64,000 nucleotides of DNA from Roseimaritima sp. (GTDB lineage Bacteria; Planctomycetota; Planctomycetia; Pirellulales; Pirellulaceae). Under the pieces are notes generated by a model. It saw only the letters and a program-made list of their open reading frames with translations, had not been told where the DNA came from and ran no database searches. The DNA is taken from positions 44,240 through 108,239 of the forward strand of contig JBLWXR010000002.1 of NCBI GenBank assembly GCA_048267365.1, in the 5' to 3' direction. Positions 37,490 through 47,021 of this stretch are shown here, piece by piece; the stretch's first letter is position 1; the number at the start of each line of letters is the position of its first letter. A program made the translations under genes and the position numbers.

Positions 37490-37801
37490 ATGCCTAAGTA
37501 CTACATCCAATCGGGAACCGTCCGGACTGTTGTTTCTGCCGAAGACGGTCATCGCGCCGCGTTGTGGGCCGTGCATAAGGTAATGCAGCAGATTGTCCCC
37601 ACCTACGACGATGCGGTCGAGACAGCGGAGGAGAAAGCGGCCCAAGCCCACTGCGGGGGCATGTTCGTGCTGGATTCCACCATCCGGCTTAGCGAGCAAG
37701 GTTTTGACCGCGACGACTGCGACACTTTGACAACCTTCGAAGTGGTCACGGAGTGGAATCAGTTGATGGTAGCCCTCGATCGGCTGCAAAACTGGCTCTA
37801 A
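37490..37801 (+). CDS. hypothetical protein
   Basis: ORF 37472-37801, with MPKYYIQSGTV... from ATG 37490. Preferred over the overlapping minus-strand ORF 37412-37987 on protein-likeness. No family recognised. Confidence 0.45.
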   Translation: MPKYYIQSGTVRTVVSAEDGHRAALWAVHKVMQQIVPTYDDAVETAEEKAAQAHCGGMFVLDSTIRLSEQGFDRDDCDTLTTFEVVTEWNQLMVALDRLQNWL

Positions 37802-37847
37802 ATGGGCTCGAATCGGGCTGGAATCCCCTTTCCTGGTAGTTCTTCCT

Positions 37848-37875
37848 TTGACAGTCGGGCCGCTGGCAATAAAAT
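37848..37875 (+). promoter_or_regulatory. candidate sigma70-type promoter upstream of tatA
   Basis: TTGACA (37848-37853), a 16-nt spacer, then TAAAAT (37870-37875), about 140 nt upstream of the tatA ATG. Pattern only; promoter rules for this lineage are poorly known. Confidence 0.35.
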
Positions 37876-38013
37876 AACAACAGGGTCGCACGCAGCGTGT
37901 GCCCCTGTGGATCGCTAGGGGAAAAATCTCACACCTGCTGACCAGCCCTTCCCGGTGCTGCCCCCACCAGCGGATCCAAAATCCCACCTACCCTCTACTC
38001 GCGAGAGCGTTTC

Positions 38014-38232
38014 ATGAGTCACTTGCTGTTTGCAATCGGCATGCCCGGATTACCCGAGATGCTGATCGTTCTGTTTGTCGCATTGCTGCTGTTTGGAGGC
38101 TCGCGACTGCCTTCGCTGATGCGCAACATGGGACGCAGCATCAATGAATTCAAAGGCGGCATGAACGACAGCCTCGATAACGACGACGTCGCTTCCAAAG
38201 ATGCCGACTCCAAATCCAAGCCCGTGGTTTAG
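38014..38232 (+). CDS. tatA: twin-arginine translocase TatA/E family protein
   Basis: 72 aa: PEMLIVLFVALLLFGGSRLPSLMRNMGRSINEFKGG. Confidence 0.85.
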   Translation: MSHLLFAIGMPGLPEMLIVLFVALLLFGGSRLPSLMRNMGRSINEFKGGMNDSLDNDDVASKDADSKSKPVV

Positions 38233-38320
38233 CCCACCGCCCGCTGTGAGTGCGGACCGCCCGCGTGTTTAGCGGAGCGGTTGTCGCCGAACGACGAGTT
38301 TTGGAACAGAGGAAACGTTT

Positions 38321-38596
38321 GTGTTTGGACTCAGCTTTTTTGAACTGATGGTCATTGGCGTGGTCGCCGTGTTGCTGTTCGGAGCCAAGTTGCCCGAAGT
38401 CGCCCGCACGCTGGGTGGCAGCTACCGCGACCTAAAACGCGGCATGAACGACATTCAAAACCAGTTCCGCCTGGCGGAACTGGAGGTGACTCGGCCCAAA
38501 CCGGTGGTCCGTGAAGAAGAAGAGGAAGGCGACGGGTTCGGACCGACGCCGGTCAGCAGCGCACCGAAATTCTCTCCACCGCCCGCTGAAGACTGA
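38321..38596 (+). CDS. second TatA/TatB family protein
   Basis: 91 aa with a GTG start: FELMVIGVVAVLLFGAKLPEVARTLGGSYRDLKRG. Confidence 0.8.
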   Translation: MFGLSFFELMVIGVVAVLLFGAKLPEVARTLGGSYRDLKRGMNDIQNQFRLAELEVTRPKPVVREEEEEGDGFGPTPVSSAPKFSPPPAED

Positions 38597-38655
38597 TCCC
38601 CGTGGCCCGTGATCCCCGTGGCCCGTGATCCCTGTGGCCCGTGATCACTGTGCCT
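38594..38655. repeat. 16-bp tandem repeat x3.5 (gatccccgtggcccgt)
   Basis: Unit starts at 38594, 38610, 38626 and 38642. It begins at the TGA of the preceding gene and lies between convergent genes. Confidence 0.9.
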
Positions 38656-38668
38656 GGGGCATGCAACC

Positions 38669-39805
38669 CTACAGCACGATCCGCGAGACGATCTCTTGAA
38701 CCAACTTGCGGCCCACCTCGGAATCCAGCTGCCGCGAGAGAATATTGTGCTCGAAGGGCAGCGAGACAAAATCTTGGACGCCGTCGAGCGTAGCGGATTT
38801 GATCGACACACAGCCGTCGCCTTGGCCGGCGATGACTTCCTGGCTGCCAGCCGCCGCCAACAACTGCTCCGCCATCAGCTTCACCACTCGATTGCCATTG
38901 GTTAAGCCCTCGGCCATTCGCGCCAACTCCTCCGCTTCGGCCTTGCTTAACGGCGCGGCGGTGCCGGCGAAAATCGTGTAACGGACGCGAGGATTGCGAG
39001 GCCGGGCGTTGAGCTGGTCGAATAGCGGCGAACCGGGCCGCAGATCGACCTGTGCCGAACCCATCGCGCCATGCAGGGCGCTCTCCACGATCCATCGCAG
39101 GTTTTCACGCTGCACATTGGCCGCCAGTTTGTCGATCTCCAGCCCGATCGGGAACTGTGCCAAGTTCGAACCGTGATTGGGCGGCGCGATCATCATGAAC
39201 TGGTCGACATTGCCCGGATCCAGCTCCGCCGATTCCAGCACATTACGAGTCACCAAACAGCCCATTGAATGCGCGATCACGGTCAGTTTGCGATCGGGAA
39301 ACGCTTGCTTGACCGCCCCCAGCGCCCGCGAGAGCTGCAAGCTGGATTCGCGGATCGGGCCGTCGTTGGGATAGGCAAACCGACGGCAGCGAATACCGGG
39401 CTGGTCGAGCGCTTTCATCAGCGGTTCGGTAGCCGCCGGCCCCGATGCAAACCCGTGCACCAACACCACCCAGCGGTTGGGATCGTCGGCGTCGCCCCAC
39501 TGCTCTTCATCGACCAGCCCCAACCGTTCATGGGAGCGACCGATAACGGTCTGCCGCAACAGCCCCACGGCCCCCCGAATCGCGTCGCGCATCTCGTCCT
39601 CGTCAATCTGGATGGTAATCGGAGCGTGTTGCGCGTCGTCACCGATCACGATGGCGCGGCCGCCGTCGGCGGCTGGGGGCGGGTCGACGGGCGGCTGGTC
39701 GGCAACCGCCCTGGCCAGCATCCCCACCGCAAACGTCACGGCGATTGTCAACGGCAAGCAGCGTGCGAAGACTCGCCGCCGGGCGTCCGGTTTGGTTTCA
39801 TACAT
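38669..39805 (-). CDS. secreted alpha/beta hydrolase (lipase/esterase, PGAP1/DUF676-like)
   Basis: 378 aa with a signal-anchor (LPLTIAVTFAVGMLARAVA), VVLVHGFASGP and the nucleophile elbow VIAHSMGCLV. Confidence 0.7.
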   Translation of the reverse strand: MYETKPDARRRVFARCLPLTIAVTFAVGMLARAVADQPPVDPPPAADGGRAIVIGDDAQHAPITIQIDEDEMRDAIRGAVGLLRQTVIGRSHERLGLVDEEQWGDADDPNRWVVLVHGFASGPAATEPLMKALDQPGIRCRRFAYPNDGPIRESSLQLSRALGAVKQAFPDRKLTVIAHSMGCLVTRNVLESAELDPGNVDQFMMIAPPNHGSNLAQFPIGLEIDKLAANVQRENLRWIVESALHGAMGSAQVDLRPGSPLFDQLNARPRNPRVRYTIFAGTAAPLSKAEAEELARMAEGLTNGNRVVKLMAEQLLAAAGSQEVIAGQGDGCVSIKSATLDGVQDFVSLPFEHNILSRQLDSEVGRKLVQEIVSRIVL

Positions 39806-39971
39806 CGTTCGGTCCTCTGATTTGGTTAGCTACCATTGTCACCCGCCGCCACGCCCCAGGCAACCATCGCTGACACCCCTATGTCACCGCCCAACAGTGA
39901 CCATGCGGTGTGGCGACGGACATACTATGATGGTCCTAGTGGCCCTTATCAGCAGCAAAGGATACGAAATC

Positions 39972-40448
39972 ATGTCCGAGGAAAAGCCTGGCAATCGGGT
40001 AACGATCAACGCCGCGTTCTTGCAAGAAATCAAAGCAGATCACCAACAGTTAAAAGAACTGTTGGACCATCTCCGGCAGCTTTCGTCACAGCCCCAAGCG
40101 ATCCCCAATCACCACCGTGAGTACGTAGAGCTATTGGAACAACTGTGCGACCAACTGGCTTTCCACTTCACGCTTGAAGAGGCCTACGGATATTTTGAGG
40201 ACGCATTGGAATCCTCGCCACGACTGGACAACCAAGCCTGCGCGCTGCGGGCCCAGCACGCCGAACTGTTTGTGCTGGCTCGCGACCTGGCCGACTTGGG
40301 TGGCCAACAAGACCTGCAGTCGGTTCCCCACTGTGAACAACTGGCCGCTCAATTTATGGTCTTCGACAATGCGCTGAAGGCGCATGAATCGGCCGAACTG
40401 AATCTGATCCTGGCCGCTTTGGAAGAAGACCTGGGCTGCGGCGATTAG
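39972..40448 (+). CDS. hypothetical protein, possibly hemerythrin-like (HHE) four-helix protein
   Basis: ORF 39477-40448, trimmed to ATG 39972 because the upstream part overlaps the hydrolase gene on the other strand. It has IKADHQQL, HFTLEE and KAHESAE spaced as in HHE cation-binding domains. Confidence 0.45.
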   Translation: MSEEKPGNRVTINAAFLQEIKADHQQLKELLDHLRQLSSQPQAIPNHHREYVELLEQLCDQLAFHFTLEEAYGYFEDALESSPRLDNQACALRAQHAELFVLARDLADLGGQQDLQSVPHCEQLAAQFMVFDNALKAHESAELNLILAALEEDLGCGD

Positions 40449-40566
40449 CCAGCCCGTCCGTTGTCCTGCACTCCGCCGTCGGCCCCGCAACACAGGTCGC
40501 GGGAGACCACTTCAAACATTTGCAACTTCAAACGTTTGCAACTCCAGACATTCCCAACCCCTGACC

Positions 40567-41580
40567 GTGGCGACCCCTGACATTAACGCTTCCCCCACCA
40601 CGCCCCCGACGATTCGTCTTGCCAACCACGACCAACTGCCCATGGTGGGCTTGGGGATGTGGAAGGTCGACGGTGAACGCTGCGAGTCCCTGATCGACGA
40701 AGCCGTACAAGCTGGCTATCGACACTTTGATTGTGCCTGTGACTATGGCAACGAAGCGGAGGTCGGTCGCGGTCTTCGCCGAGTCCTGGACGCCGGCACC
40801 GTCTCGCGTGACGACCTCTGGATCACGTCCAAACTGTGGAACACCTACCATCGTCGCGAACACGTCCGCAGCGCCGTCGAACGCTCGTTGGCGGATCTGC
40901 AATTGGACTACTTGGATCTGTACTTAATTCACTTCCCCATCGCGCTGCAGTACGTCGACTTTGACGTGCGTTATCCGCCGGGTTGGTTTTACGATCCCGA
41001 CGCCGACTCGCCAGCCATGCAACTGGATCGCGTCCCGCTGGCGGAAACCTGGGCGGCGATGGAAGAGTTGGTGACGGCGGGACTGGTCCGCAACATCGGC
41101 GTCTGCAACTTTGGCACGTCCTTGCTGCGCGACTTGCTGAGCTATGCAAACGTGGCGCCTTCGGTGCTGCAGGTTGAGTCGCATCCTTATCTGGTTCAAG
41201 ACAAACTGTTGCGGTTTTGCCAACAACAGGACATCGCCATGACGGCGTTTTCACCGTTGGGCGCGCTGTCGTACCTGTCGCTAAACATGGCTCAGCCCAG
41301 CGACACAGTGCTTCGCGAACCCTGCGTGGTCGAGATCGCAGCGGCGCATCGCCGCACGCCCGCGCAGGTCGTGATGCGCTGGGGACTGCAGCGGGGCACG
41401 GCCATCATCCCCAAAACCGCTAACACCGCTCGGCTCCGCGAAAACATCTCGCTGTTCGATTTCCAATTAACCGAGGCTCAGATGCAAACCATCACCTCGC
41501 TCGACCAGCACCGCCGGTTCAACGACCCCGGCGTGTTTTGCGAACAAGCGTTCAACACTTTCTGCCCGATCTATGAATGA
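40567..41580 (+). CDS. aldo/keto reductase (xylose-reductase-like AKR)
   Basis: 337 aa with a GTG start: GLGMWKV, YRHFDCACDYGNE, SKLWNTYH and IPKT. Confidence 0.85.
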   Translation: MATPDINASPTTPPTIRLANHDQLPMVGLGMWKVDGERCESLIDEAVQAGYRHFDCACDYGNEAEVGRGLRRVLDAGTVSRDDLWITSKLWNTYHRREHVRSAVERSLADLQLDYLDLYLIHFPIALQYVDFDVRYPPGWFYDPDADSPAMQLDRVPLAETWAAMEELVTAGLVRNIGVCNFGTSLLRDLLSYANVAPSVLQVESHPYLVQDKLLRFCQQQDIAMTAFSPLGALSYLSLNMAQPSDTVLREPCVVEIAAAHRRTPAQVVMRWGLQRGTAIIPKTANTARLRENISLFDFQLTEAQMQTITSLDQHRRFNDPGVFCEQAFNTFCPIYE

Positions 41581-41887
41581 AGCCAACGACGCTCCGGTGC
41601 CAGCGAAACTAGTGCAAGCCAAACTAGTGCAAGCCGCTGAGCCCCAGGGCGAACCGCCCGCCGAGGGCCTGTATCAAAAAGTGCTGCACAGCCGGTTGGC
41701 GATCCTGGCCACGCTGTTTTGCGTGACCGGATTTTTGGGGCTGCCGTTGCTGTGGATGAACCCCCATTTCCGCCCTTGGCAGCGCTGGGTCTGGTCGGTC
41801 GTGGTGACGATCTACACCTGCCTGCTGATCGCGCTAGCGGTGTGGGTAGTGGTCTGGTCCTGGAATTCCGTTTCCGAATCCCTGTAG
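41573..41887 (+). CDS. small membrane protein, unknown function
   Basis: 104 aa. The start overlaps the AKR stop (ATGAATGA). Two TM helices (LAILATLFCVTGFLGLPLLW; VVVTIYTCLLIALAVWVVVW). KLVQA x2 arises from a 15-bp duplication. Confidence 0.55.
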   Translation: MNEANDAPVPAKLVQAKLVQAAEPQGEPPAEGLYQKVLHSRLAILATLFCVTGFLGLPLLWMNPHFRPWQRWVWSVVVTIYTCLLIALAVWVVVWSWNSVSESL

Positions 41888-41892
41888 CCGAC

Positions 41893-42915
41893 TTAGGCGC
41901 CTTCGCTGAACAGGGCGTCGGTAAAGGCATCGGAATCGAATCGGGCCAGGTCGTCGATGCCTTCGCCCAGGCCCACAAATTTGACCGGCAGGGCAAACTG
42001 TTCCAGGATTGGGATGACCACGCCGCCTTTGGCCGACCCATCCAGCTTGGCCAACACGATGCCGGTGCAGTTGGCCGCGCCACTAAACCCACGAGCTTGA
42101 CTGATCGCGTTCTGGCCCGCCGTGGCGTCCAGCACCAGCAACACTTCGTGCGGAGCGTCGGGAACGCGTTTGCCGACAACGCGGCGAATTTTTTCCAACT
42201 GAGCCATCAGGTGAGTCTGGGTTTGCAAGCGGCCCGCGGTATCGATGATGGCTACATCGGCCCCGGTCTCGACAGCCTTTTCGACCGTCTGAAAGGCCAC
42301 GCTGGCCGGGTCGGCTTCCGGTTTGCCGGTGACGATGTCACAGCCGATGCGCCCCGCCCAAACGGTCAACTGTTCGACCGCCGCGGCGCGAAACGTATCG
42401 CCGGCGCCCAGCACCACCTTGTGACCTTCCTGATGCAGGAAGTTGGCCAGTTTGCCGATCGAAGTGGTTTTGCCACTGCCGTTGACGCCGACCACCAGAA
42501 TCACCGTCGGCGATTGTTCGGCCCACTGCAGATCCGAGCGTTCCTGCTGCAGCATCTCGCGGGTTTGCTGGCGGATGGCGTCCAGCACGTCTTCCATCTG
42601 CACACGACGGGCGCGAAACCGGGAAGCGATATCGTCACGAATTTTTCCCGCCGGCCCGGCGCCCATATCGGTGCGGACCAATCGCGCGAACAGGTCTTTC
42701 AAAAACGCTTCGTCGACCAACCGGCCTTCGTCTTTAAACAGGTCGCGGATATCGGTTCCCAGCACCTGCCGGGTCTTTTCCAGGCCCTGACGGAAACGGC
42801 CCAACAGCCCCGCTTCGTGCCCACCGTCGGGTGAGTTTCCGCCATCGGACGCAGCCGAAGCATCGGCGGGCGTGGGGGAGGTCGAGTCGTCTTTTTTGGA
42901 TCGCCAAAACGCCAT
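41893..42915 (-). CDS. ftsY: signal recognition particle receptor FtsY
   Basis: ORF 41893-43620, trimmed to ATG 42915 (MAFWRSKKDD...). NG domain motifs are GVNGSGKTTSIGKLA, DTAGRL and LAKLDGSAKGG. Confidence 0.9.
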   Translation of the reverse strand: MAFWRSKKDDSTSPTPADASAASDGGNSPDGGHEAGLLGRFRQGLEKTRQVLGTDIRDLFKDEGRLVDEAFLKDLFARLVRTDMGAGPAGKIRDDIASRFRARRVQMEDVLDAIRQQTREMLQQERSDLQWAEQSPTVILVVGVNGSGKTTSIGKLANFLHQEGHKVVLGAGDTFRAAAVEQLTVWAGRIGCDIVTGKPEADPASVAFQTVEKAVETGADVAIIDTAGRLQTQTHLMAQLEKIRRVVGKRVPDAPHEVLLVLDATAGQNAISQARGFSGAANCTGIVLAKLDGSAKGGVVIPILEQFALPVKFVGLGEGIDDLARFDSDAFTDALFSEGA

Positions 42916-43403
42916 GGTTGCAACTGCTGGTACGGGAACGAGGAGACAGGGGCCTGAATTGTTTTCGGAATCAGCCGATTCAGCAACCGGCTTGACCCTG
43001 CGAGAGTGGTTTTCTACGCAAGGCCACGGCCAGTGGTTTTCGTTTGAGTCCCGGCGGGAGGGTGAAGGAAATTCGTCACCTATTGGTTTCACGTTCGGCG
43101 GGACGGCGGGCTGGGGGCAGCGGCGCCCGCCCATGCCACGAAAAGTGTCCAGCACCGGGTTGCCACGGCAAATCCGGGCGGCGATGGCCGAAAAGCCGCG
43201 TTTTGTGCGGTTTTGCAAAGTACTTTCCGGCGGGCGCCAAGCTTTCACCAGTTGCCCGCCGCCGCGCGGCCGATAGGATGCCCTGCCGCCACGAGGACGC
43301 TCCTCGGGCAGCCCTTCCGGGAGGGAAGCGAAGCAACGCCAGCCCGTTGCCGCTGCAAGACGCAGTCTGAAAAGGAGATCCATCTGCAGGAAAGGAAAAC
43401 CCC

Positions 43404-44483
43404 ATGTGCCGTCTTCGTTTGTGCCGTCTTCGTTTGCGCAGTGGTTCGCGTCTATTGCCCGTCCCCGCGGCCACATTTTCACTTTGCTTGATCGCCGCCG
43501 CGGTGGCTCAAGCCCAGCCGGCCATTCGCTTCGATCTGGCACCGTTGTCGGTAGCCGAAGCGGTGGAACCCAACGAGTCGGCCAAGCCCTTGCCGGGCCA
43601 GCGGTTGGTGCGGATCCCACTGCGGATCTCCGCGCTCGTCGATTCGCCTCAACCCCCGCGGATCGACCAGGTGATGATTCAGGTGCACTGCATCGATTCG
43701 TCGGCCAGTGTGGCGGACTATGCGCCGCGGACGGAATTGGCCAGCCCCTTCGAAGGCAATTTAGAAATCAACCAAACGGCCGAACGCAACAAACATTTAG
43801 GGTTTACGCTCAACGGCGGCTACGGGCACATGGTCGAAGGCACCCTGGCCGGCGACGCGGCCAAGAAGGACATCGACAATGTCAAGTTCCGTCGAGTCGC
43901 TCCGCTGGAAGTGGTGGCGGCCAGCGGTACGTTGGGACGCGGGCACGGAGTGTATTTCAAGTTGCGTTCGACCGCCCTGCAGGTCCTGGAAGGCGACAAA
44001 CAATTCGAAGTTGTGTTGTCGGTGCCGCAAGCTTGGCAGTCGGGTTTACTGGATGTCCAGATCGCAGCCAACACATCGAAGAAAACGTTTGGCGGTTTGG
44101 ATTCCGAGGTTCGCTGTGTGGGACGAGCCGAGTTTGTCGTCGCCACATTCCTGGACGACAATCCAGCGGTGCGGCAAGCCGCGATGACGTTGGTGAAACG
44201 CGAGGGCGCGCTGCGCGGGGCGGCGGCCAAGTATCAAGCCAACAAGCGTCCGCAAAGCTCCAGCCTGTTTCGACAGGTCGCTCACGTGCTGGACCTGGGC
44301 CAAGATGAAATCCGCCACGACTGGATGTATCAAGTCATGCGCGGCACGGTGGATCCGCACTTGGATGAAAACATCCGCAGCTTGCCCATGCAGGTGCGGA
44401 TCGCGATTTTGGATTATCAAGAGGCTCAGCAGGAATTTTTGCAAGCCGCCACGCCTTACCCAGACACGCTCGCCAGTCAGTGA
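43404..44483 (+). CDS. hypothetical secreted protein
   Basis: 359 aa with a signal peptide, LLPVPAATFSLCLIAAAVAQAQ. No family recognised. Confidence 0.55.
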   Translation: MCRLRLCRLRLRSGSRLLPVPAATFSLCLIAAAVAQAQPAIRFDLAPLSVAEAVEPNESAKPLPGQRLVRIPLRISALVDSPQPPRIDQVMIQVHCIDSSASVADYAPRTELASPFEGNLEINQTAERNKHLGFTLNGGYGHMVEGTLAGDAAKKDIDNVKFRRVAPLEVVAASGTLGRGHGVYFKLRSTALQVLEGDKQFEVVLSVPQAWQSGLLDVQIAANTSKKTFGGLDSEVRCVGRAEFVVATFLDDNPAVRQAAMTLVKREGALRGAAAKYQANKRPQSSSLFRQVAHVLDLGQDEIRHDWMYQVMRGTVDPHLDENIRSLPMQVRIAILDYQEAQQEFLQAATPYPDTLASQ

Positions 44484-44491
44484 ACTTTGGG

Positions 44492-44557
44492 GTAGCCGAT
44501 CTCGCCAGAGATTGGATCGGGACGGCAAACTGTCCCAAGTCTGGCGACTTCGGCTAC
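44492..44557. repeat. Repeat family A, copy 2 (opposite orientation to copy 1)
   Basis: gtagccgatctcgccagagattggatcgggacggc...aagtctggcgacttcggctac. It lies between convergent genes. Confidence 0.85.
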
Positions 44558-44572
44558 GGGAACGGCTACGAT

Positions 44573-44902
44573 TTAGTTGTTGCTGAAGCCTAACACCAGG
44601 GCGGTGTCACGCCCCAGGGGATTGGTTACGAACCGCTGATAACACTCGGGGCACAGATCAAAGTGTTGATGTGAGGCGCAGGGCGCGGGGGCTGGTTGGT
44701 CTTCCAGTTGCCCCAGCAATTCATGCAGTTCCAGCAGGTGGTCGCTGTCCTCTTCAGAAAATTCGATTTCTGGTTGCATGGCTTGCCGCACTTCCAGCAG
44801 CAGTTCGTATCGAGTGTCTTGCCGGCCGTTGAATTCTCGCTTACAGCGATCGCACGTGTATTGGATCATCCGTGTGCAGTCCTCACGAGTTGTCAGCGAC
44901 AA
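44573..44902 (-). CDS. hypothetical zinc-ribbon protein
   Basis: 109 aa with CDRC ... CPEC cysteine pairs flanking an acidic helix. An alternative start is MIQYTCDRC. Confidence 0.5.
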   Translation of the reverse strand: MSLTTREDCTRMIQYTCDRCKREFNGRQDTRYELLLEVRQAMQPEIEFSEEDSDHLLELHELLGQLEDQPAPAPCASHQHFDLCPECYQRFVTNPLGRDTALVLGFSNN

Positions 44903-45014
44903 CGCGGCTCGCTCAATGCGAAGCCAATTACCAGATTATGAAAAGAAGGACGTTGGTCGTGACCACTCTATCGTACTGACAACGCGGACCCGACTGCAAG
45001 ACAATTCAGAAACA

Positions 45015-45560
45015 TCACCAACAAACGGCTACCAGGGTGACCACCAAAATGGCCAGCCCCGCCAAAATTTTTCCCACCGTGCCGAGCAGTCGCCCCCAGA
45101 AAGCGGCATGCCCGACGGGCCAACTTTCCCGCCACGATTTGCCATCGGTCCACTCGCCGAACATGGCTCCGGCCGTAGCGCCCAGGGCGCCAAACAACAC
45201 GGCGGCCACCACCGGACCAACCAGCGGGATGGGCAGTCCCACGACCGCGCCCAGCACGGCGCCCACCATCGACCCTAGAATCGCCAACAGCGTTGCTCGG
45301 CGACTGGCACCGGCCCGCTGAGCCCCCAACGCGGCGGCGGCAAATTCCAGCAATTCCCCGAATAAAGCGCAGCCGAAGACGGCGGCCAACACGCCCCAGC
45401 CCACGGCCGCGCGACCTTCTTCAGGCCCCAGCCAGGCATACAACGCCACCGTCGCCACGGCAAACCAATTGCCCGGCAGGGCGATCAAATTCAGCCCCCA
45501 GGCGACCGTACAGATCAGCAGCAGGCCCAGCGCCCAGGCAATTTCGATGGTTGTCGACAA
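45015..45560 (-). CDS. DUF456 family membrane protein
   Basis: 181 aa, all-TM, with LNLIALPGNWF and glycine-rich helices typical of DUF456. Confidence 0.65.
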   Translation of the reverse strand: MSTTIEIAWALGLLLICTVAWGLNLIALPGNWFAVATVALYAWLGPEEGRAAVGWGVLAAVFGCALFGELLEFAAAALGAQRAGASRRATLLAILGSMVGAVLGAVVGLPIPLVGPVVAAVLFGALGATAGAMFGEWTDGKSWRESWPVGHAAFWGRLLGTVGKILAGLAILVVTLVAVCW

Positions 45561-45812
45561 TGAATCTGCGAACCTTCAGTAGCGATCGGGGTGTCCGGAT
45601 TAGCCAGCGGCGATTGTTAAGCTTAGTCGTTTCCTAGACGTGTTACAGTCGTCCGCTGTTGTTTTCGCGATGGCGGACGGACTAAAATCGTGTAACCGCG
45701 ATTTGACACCTAGATGCCGACCCTACGCCTATGGCTGTCGCATGACGTGGCTGCTTCTGTTCCCTGGCTCCGGCCCCGGCAGAAGGGCTCACCGAGCGAT
45801 GGCGTTCCTGCC

Positions 45813-46430
45813 ATGGAGGACGTGATGTCCGCGAGTGCTCTGGAAAGTAATGTCTTGGTCTTGAACCGTTTCTACATGGCGACTCGCGTCGTCAACGTGC
45901 GACGGGCGCTGACCGTGTTGTATCGTAACTGTGCCGAAGTCATCACGCTGGAATCCGAACAATACGTCAGCTACGACTTTGATTCCTGGTGCGAACTGAG
46001 CCGCTTGGCTTCGCTGGAAAAACAGCCCGGCGAAGAGTACATCCAAGCGGTCAGCTTTGAACTGCAGGTGCCGCGCATCGTGCGACTGACTCGCTTCGAC
46101 AAAGTCCCCGTTAGTGTGGTGCGATTTAATCGCAAAAACTTGTTCGCTCGCGATGGACACCTGTGCCAATACTGCGGACAAGCCAAGCCGACCAGCCAAC
46201 TGAGTTTGGACCACGTCGTGCCACGCTCGCACGGGGGTTTGACGACCTGGGAAAACATCGTGTGCTGTTGCTTGCGATGCAATAGCCGCAAGGGAGGCCG
46301 GACGCCGCAGCAGGCCAAAATGAAACTGCTGACCCAACCCGCGCGACCGCGACACAACCCGCAGCTCACGCAAGCCGCTCAGGATCCCCGCTACGCCTGC
46401 TGGAAAACCTTCCTGCCGGCGGCCAGCTGA
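45813..46430 (+). CDS. HNH endonuclease (McrA/COG1403-like)
   Basis: ORF 45714-46430, with probable starts at ATG 45813 or 45825. HNH motif CQYCGQAKPTSQLSLDHVVPRSHGGLTTWENIVCCCLRCNSRKG. Confidence 0.8.
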   Translation: MEDVMSASALESNVLVLNRFYMATRVVNVRRALTVLYRNCAEVITLESEQYVSYDFDSWCELSRLASLEKQPGEEYIQAVSFELQVPRIVRLTRFDKVPVSVVRFNRKNLFARDGHLCQYCGQAKPTSQLSLDHVVPRSHGGLTTWENIVCCCLRCNSRKGGRTPQQAKMKLLTQPARPRHNPQLTQAAQDPRYACWKTFLPAAS

Positions 46431-46448
46431 GTCAGCGACCGCGCACAG

Positions 46449-46482
46449 AAAAAAGCTCGCCGCGATGGCGGCGAGCTTTTTG
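46449..46482. terminator. bidirectional rho-independent terminator
   Basis: aaaaaagctcgccgc-gatg-gcggcgagcttttt. This is a 10-bp GC-rich stem (46454-46463 with 46468-46477) flanked by an A-run and a T-run, between the convergent HNH and ferredoxin genes. Confidence 0.75.
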
Positions 46483-46524
46483 GGGTTTGATGGTTCGGTC
46501 GCTGAGCCCAACTGTCTCAGACGA

Positions 46525-46803
46525 TCAATCGTCGGCCAGCGGCTCTTTCTTCTCGGTGATCACCTCGGTCTCTTCGGCCTTCTCGGCGTTCATCGCGATG
46601 TACTCTTTCCACTCGTCCGGCACATTGTCTTCGTGGAAGATCGCTTCAACCGGGCACTCGGGCACACAGGCTTCACAGTCAATGCATTCTTCGGGGTGAA
46701 TGTACAGCATTTTCTCGCCCTCGTAGAAACATTCTACCGGGCAAACCACTACACAATCGGTGTATTTGCATCCGAAACATGGTTGCGTCACCACATGCGT
46801 CAT
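46525..46803 (-). CDS. fdxA: ferredoxin, 7Fe (3Fe-4S plus 4Fe-4S) FdxA type
   Basis: 92 aa: [28 protein letters not shown] and [16 protein letters not shown]. Confidence 0.85.
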   Translation of the reverse strand: MTHVVTQPCFGCKYTDCVVVCPVECFYEGEKMLYIHPEECIDCEACVPECPVEAIFHEDNVPDEWKEYIAMNAEKAEETEVITEKKEPLADD

Positions 46804-47021
46804 CGTTCTTACCTTTCCGCTGCAAAACTGTGAAAAACGCCAGTCCCAAGAGGGGGGAAGCCGCTCCGTGGGGCTGCTCTGTTGTTAATTTCGGCACCTG
46901 AACACCGAAAGCTTAACTAGTATCAGGCATCATCAAGCCCCGCGCGGCATCCTAGGATCCGCCCCCCAGAGTGTCAACGAGGGGGAAACCTGTCAGTTTA
47001 GGCGATCTAGTGAATTGGGCG

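Noticed and set aside
37412-37987. 191-aa minus-strand ORF
   Set aside because: It overlaps the plus-strand ORF 37472-37801 and the putative tatA promoter region. The translation is Arg/Cys/Gly-rich. The plus-strand product looks more protein-like, although confidence is modest for both.
38594-38655. Possible CRISPR array
   Set aside because: This is a 16-bp unit repeated head to tail with no spacers. The array is only 62 bp and there are no cas genes.
43300-43345. SRP (4.5S) RNA next to ftsY
   Set aside because: The segment ccttccgggagggaagcgaagcaac only vaguely resembles the helix-8 GGAA tetraloop and AGCAGC region. I could not build the conserved symmetric and asymmetric loops. Infernal is needed before any claim.
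42916-43620. 235-codon upstream extension of ftsY (ORF 41893-43620)
   Set aside because: The translation is not protein-like, and the extension overlaps the divergent gene starting at 43404. FtsY starts convincingly at MAFWRSKKDD (42915).
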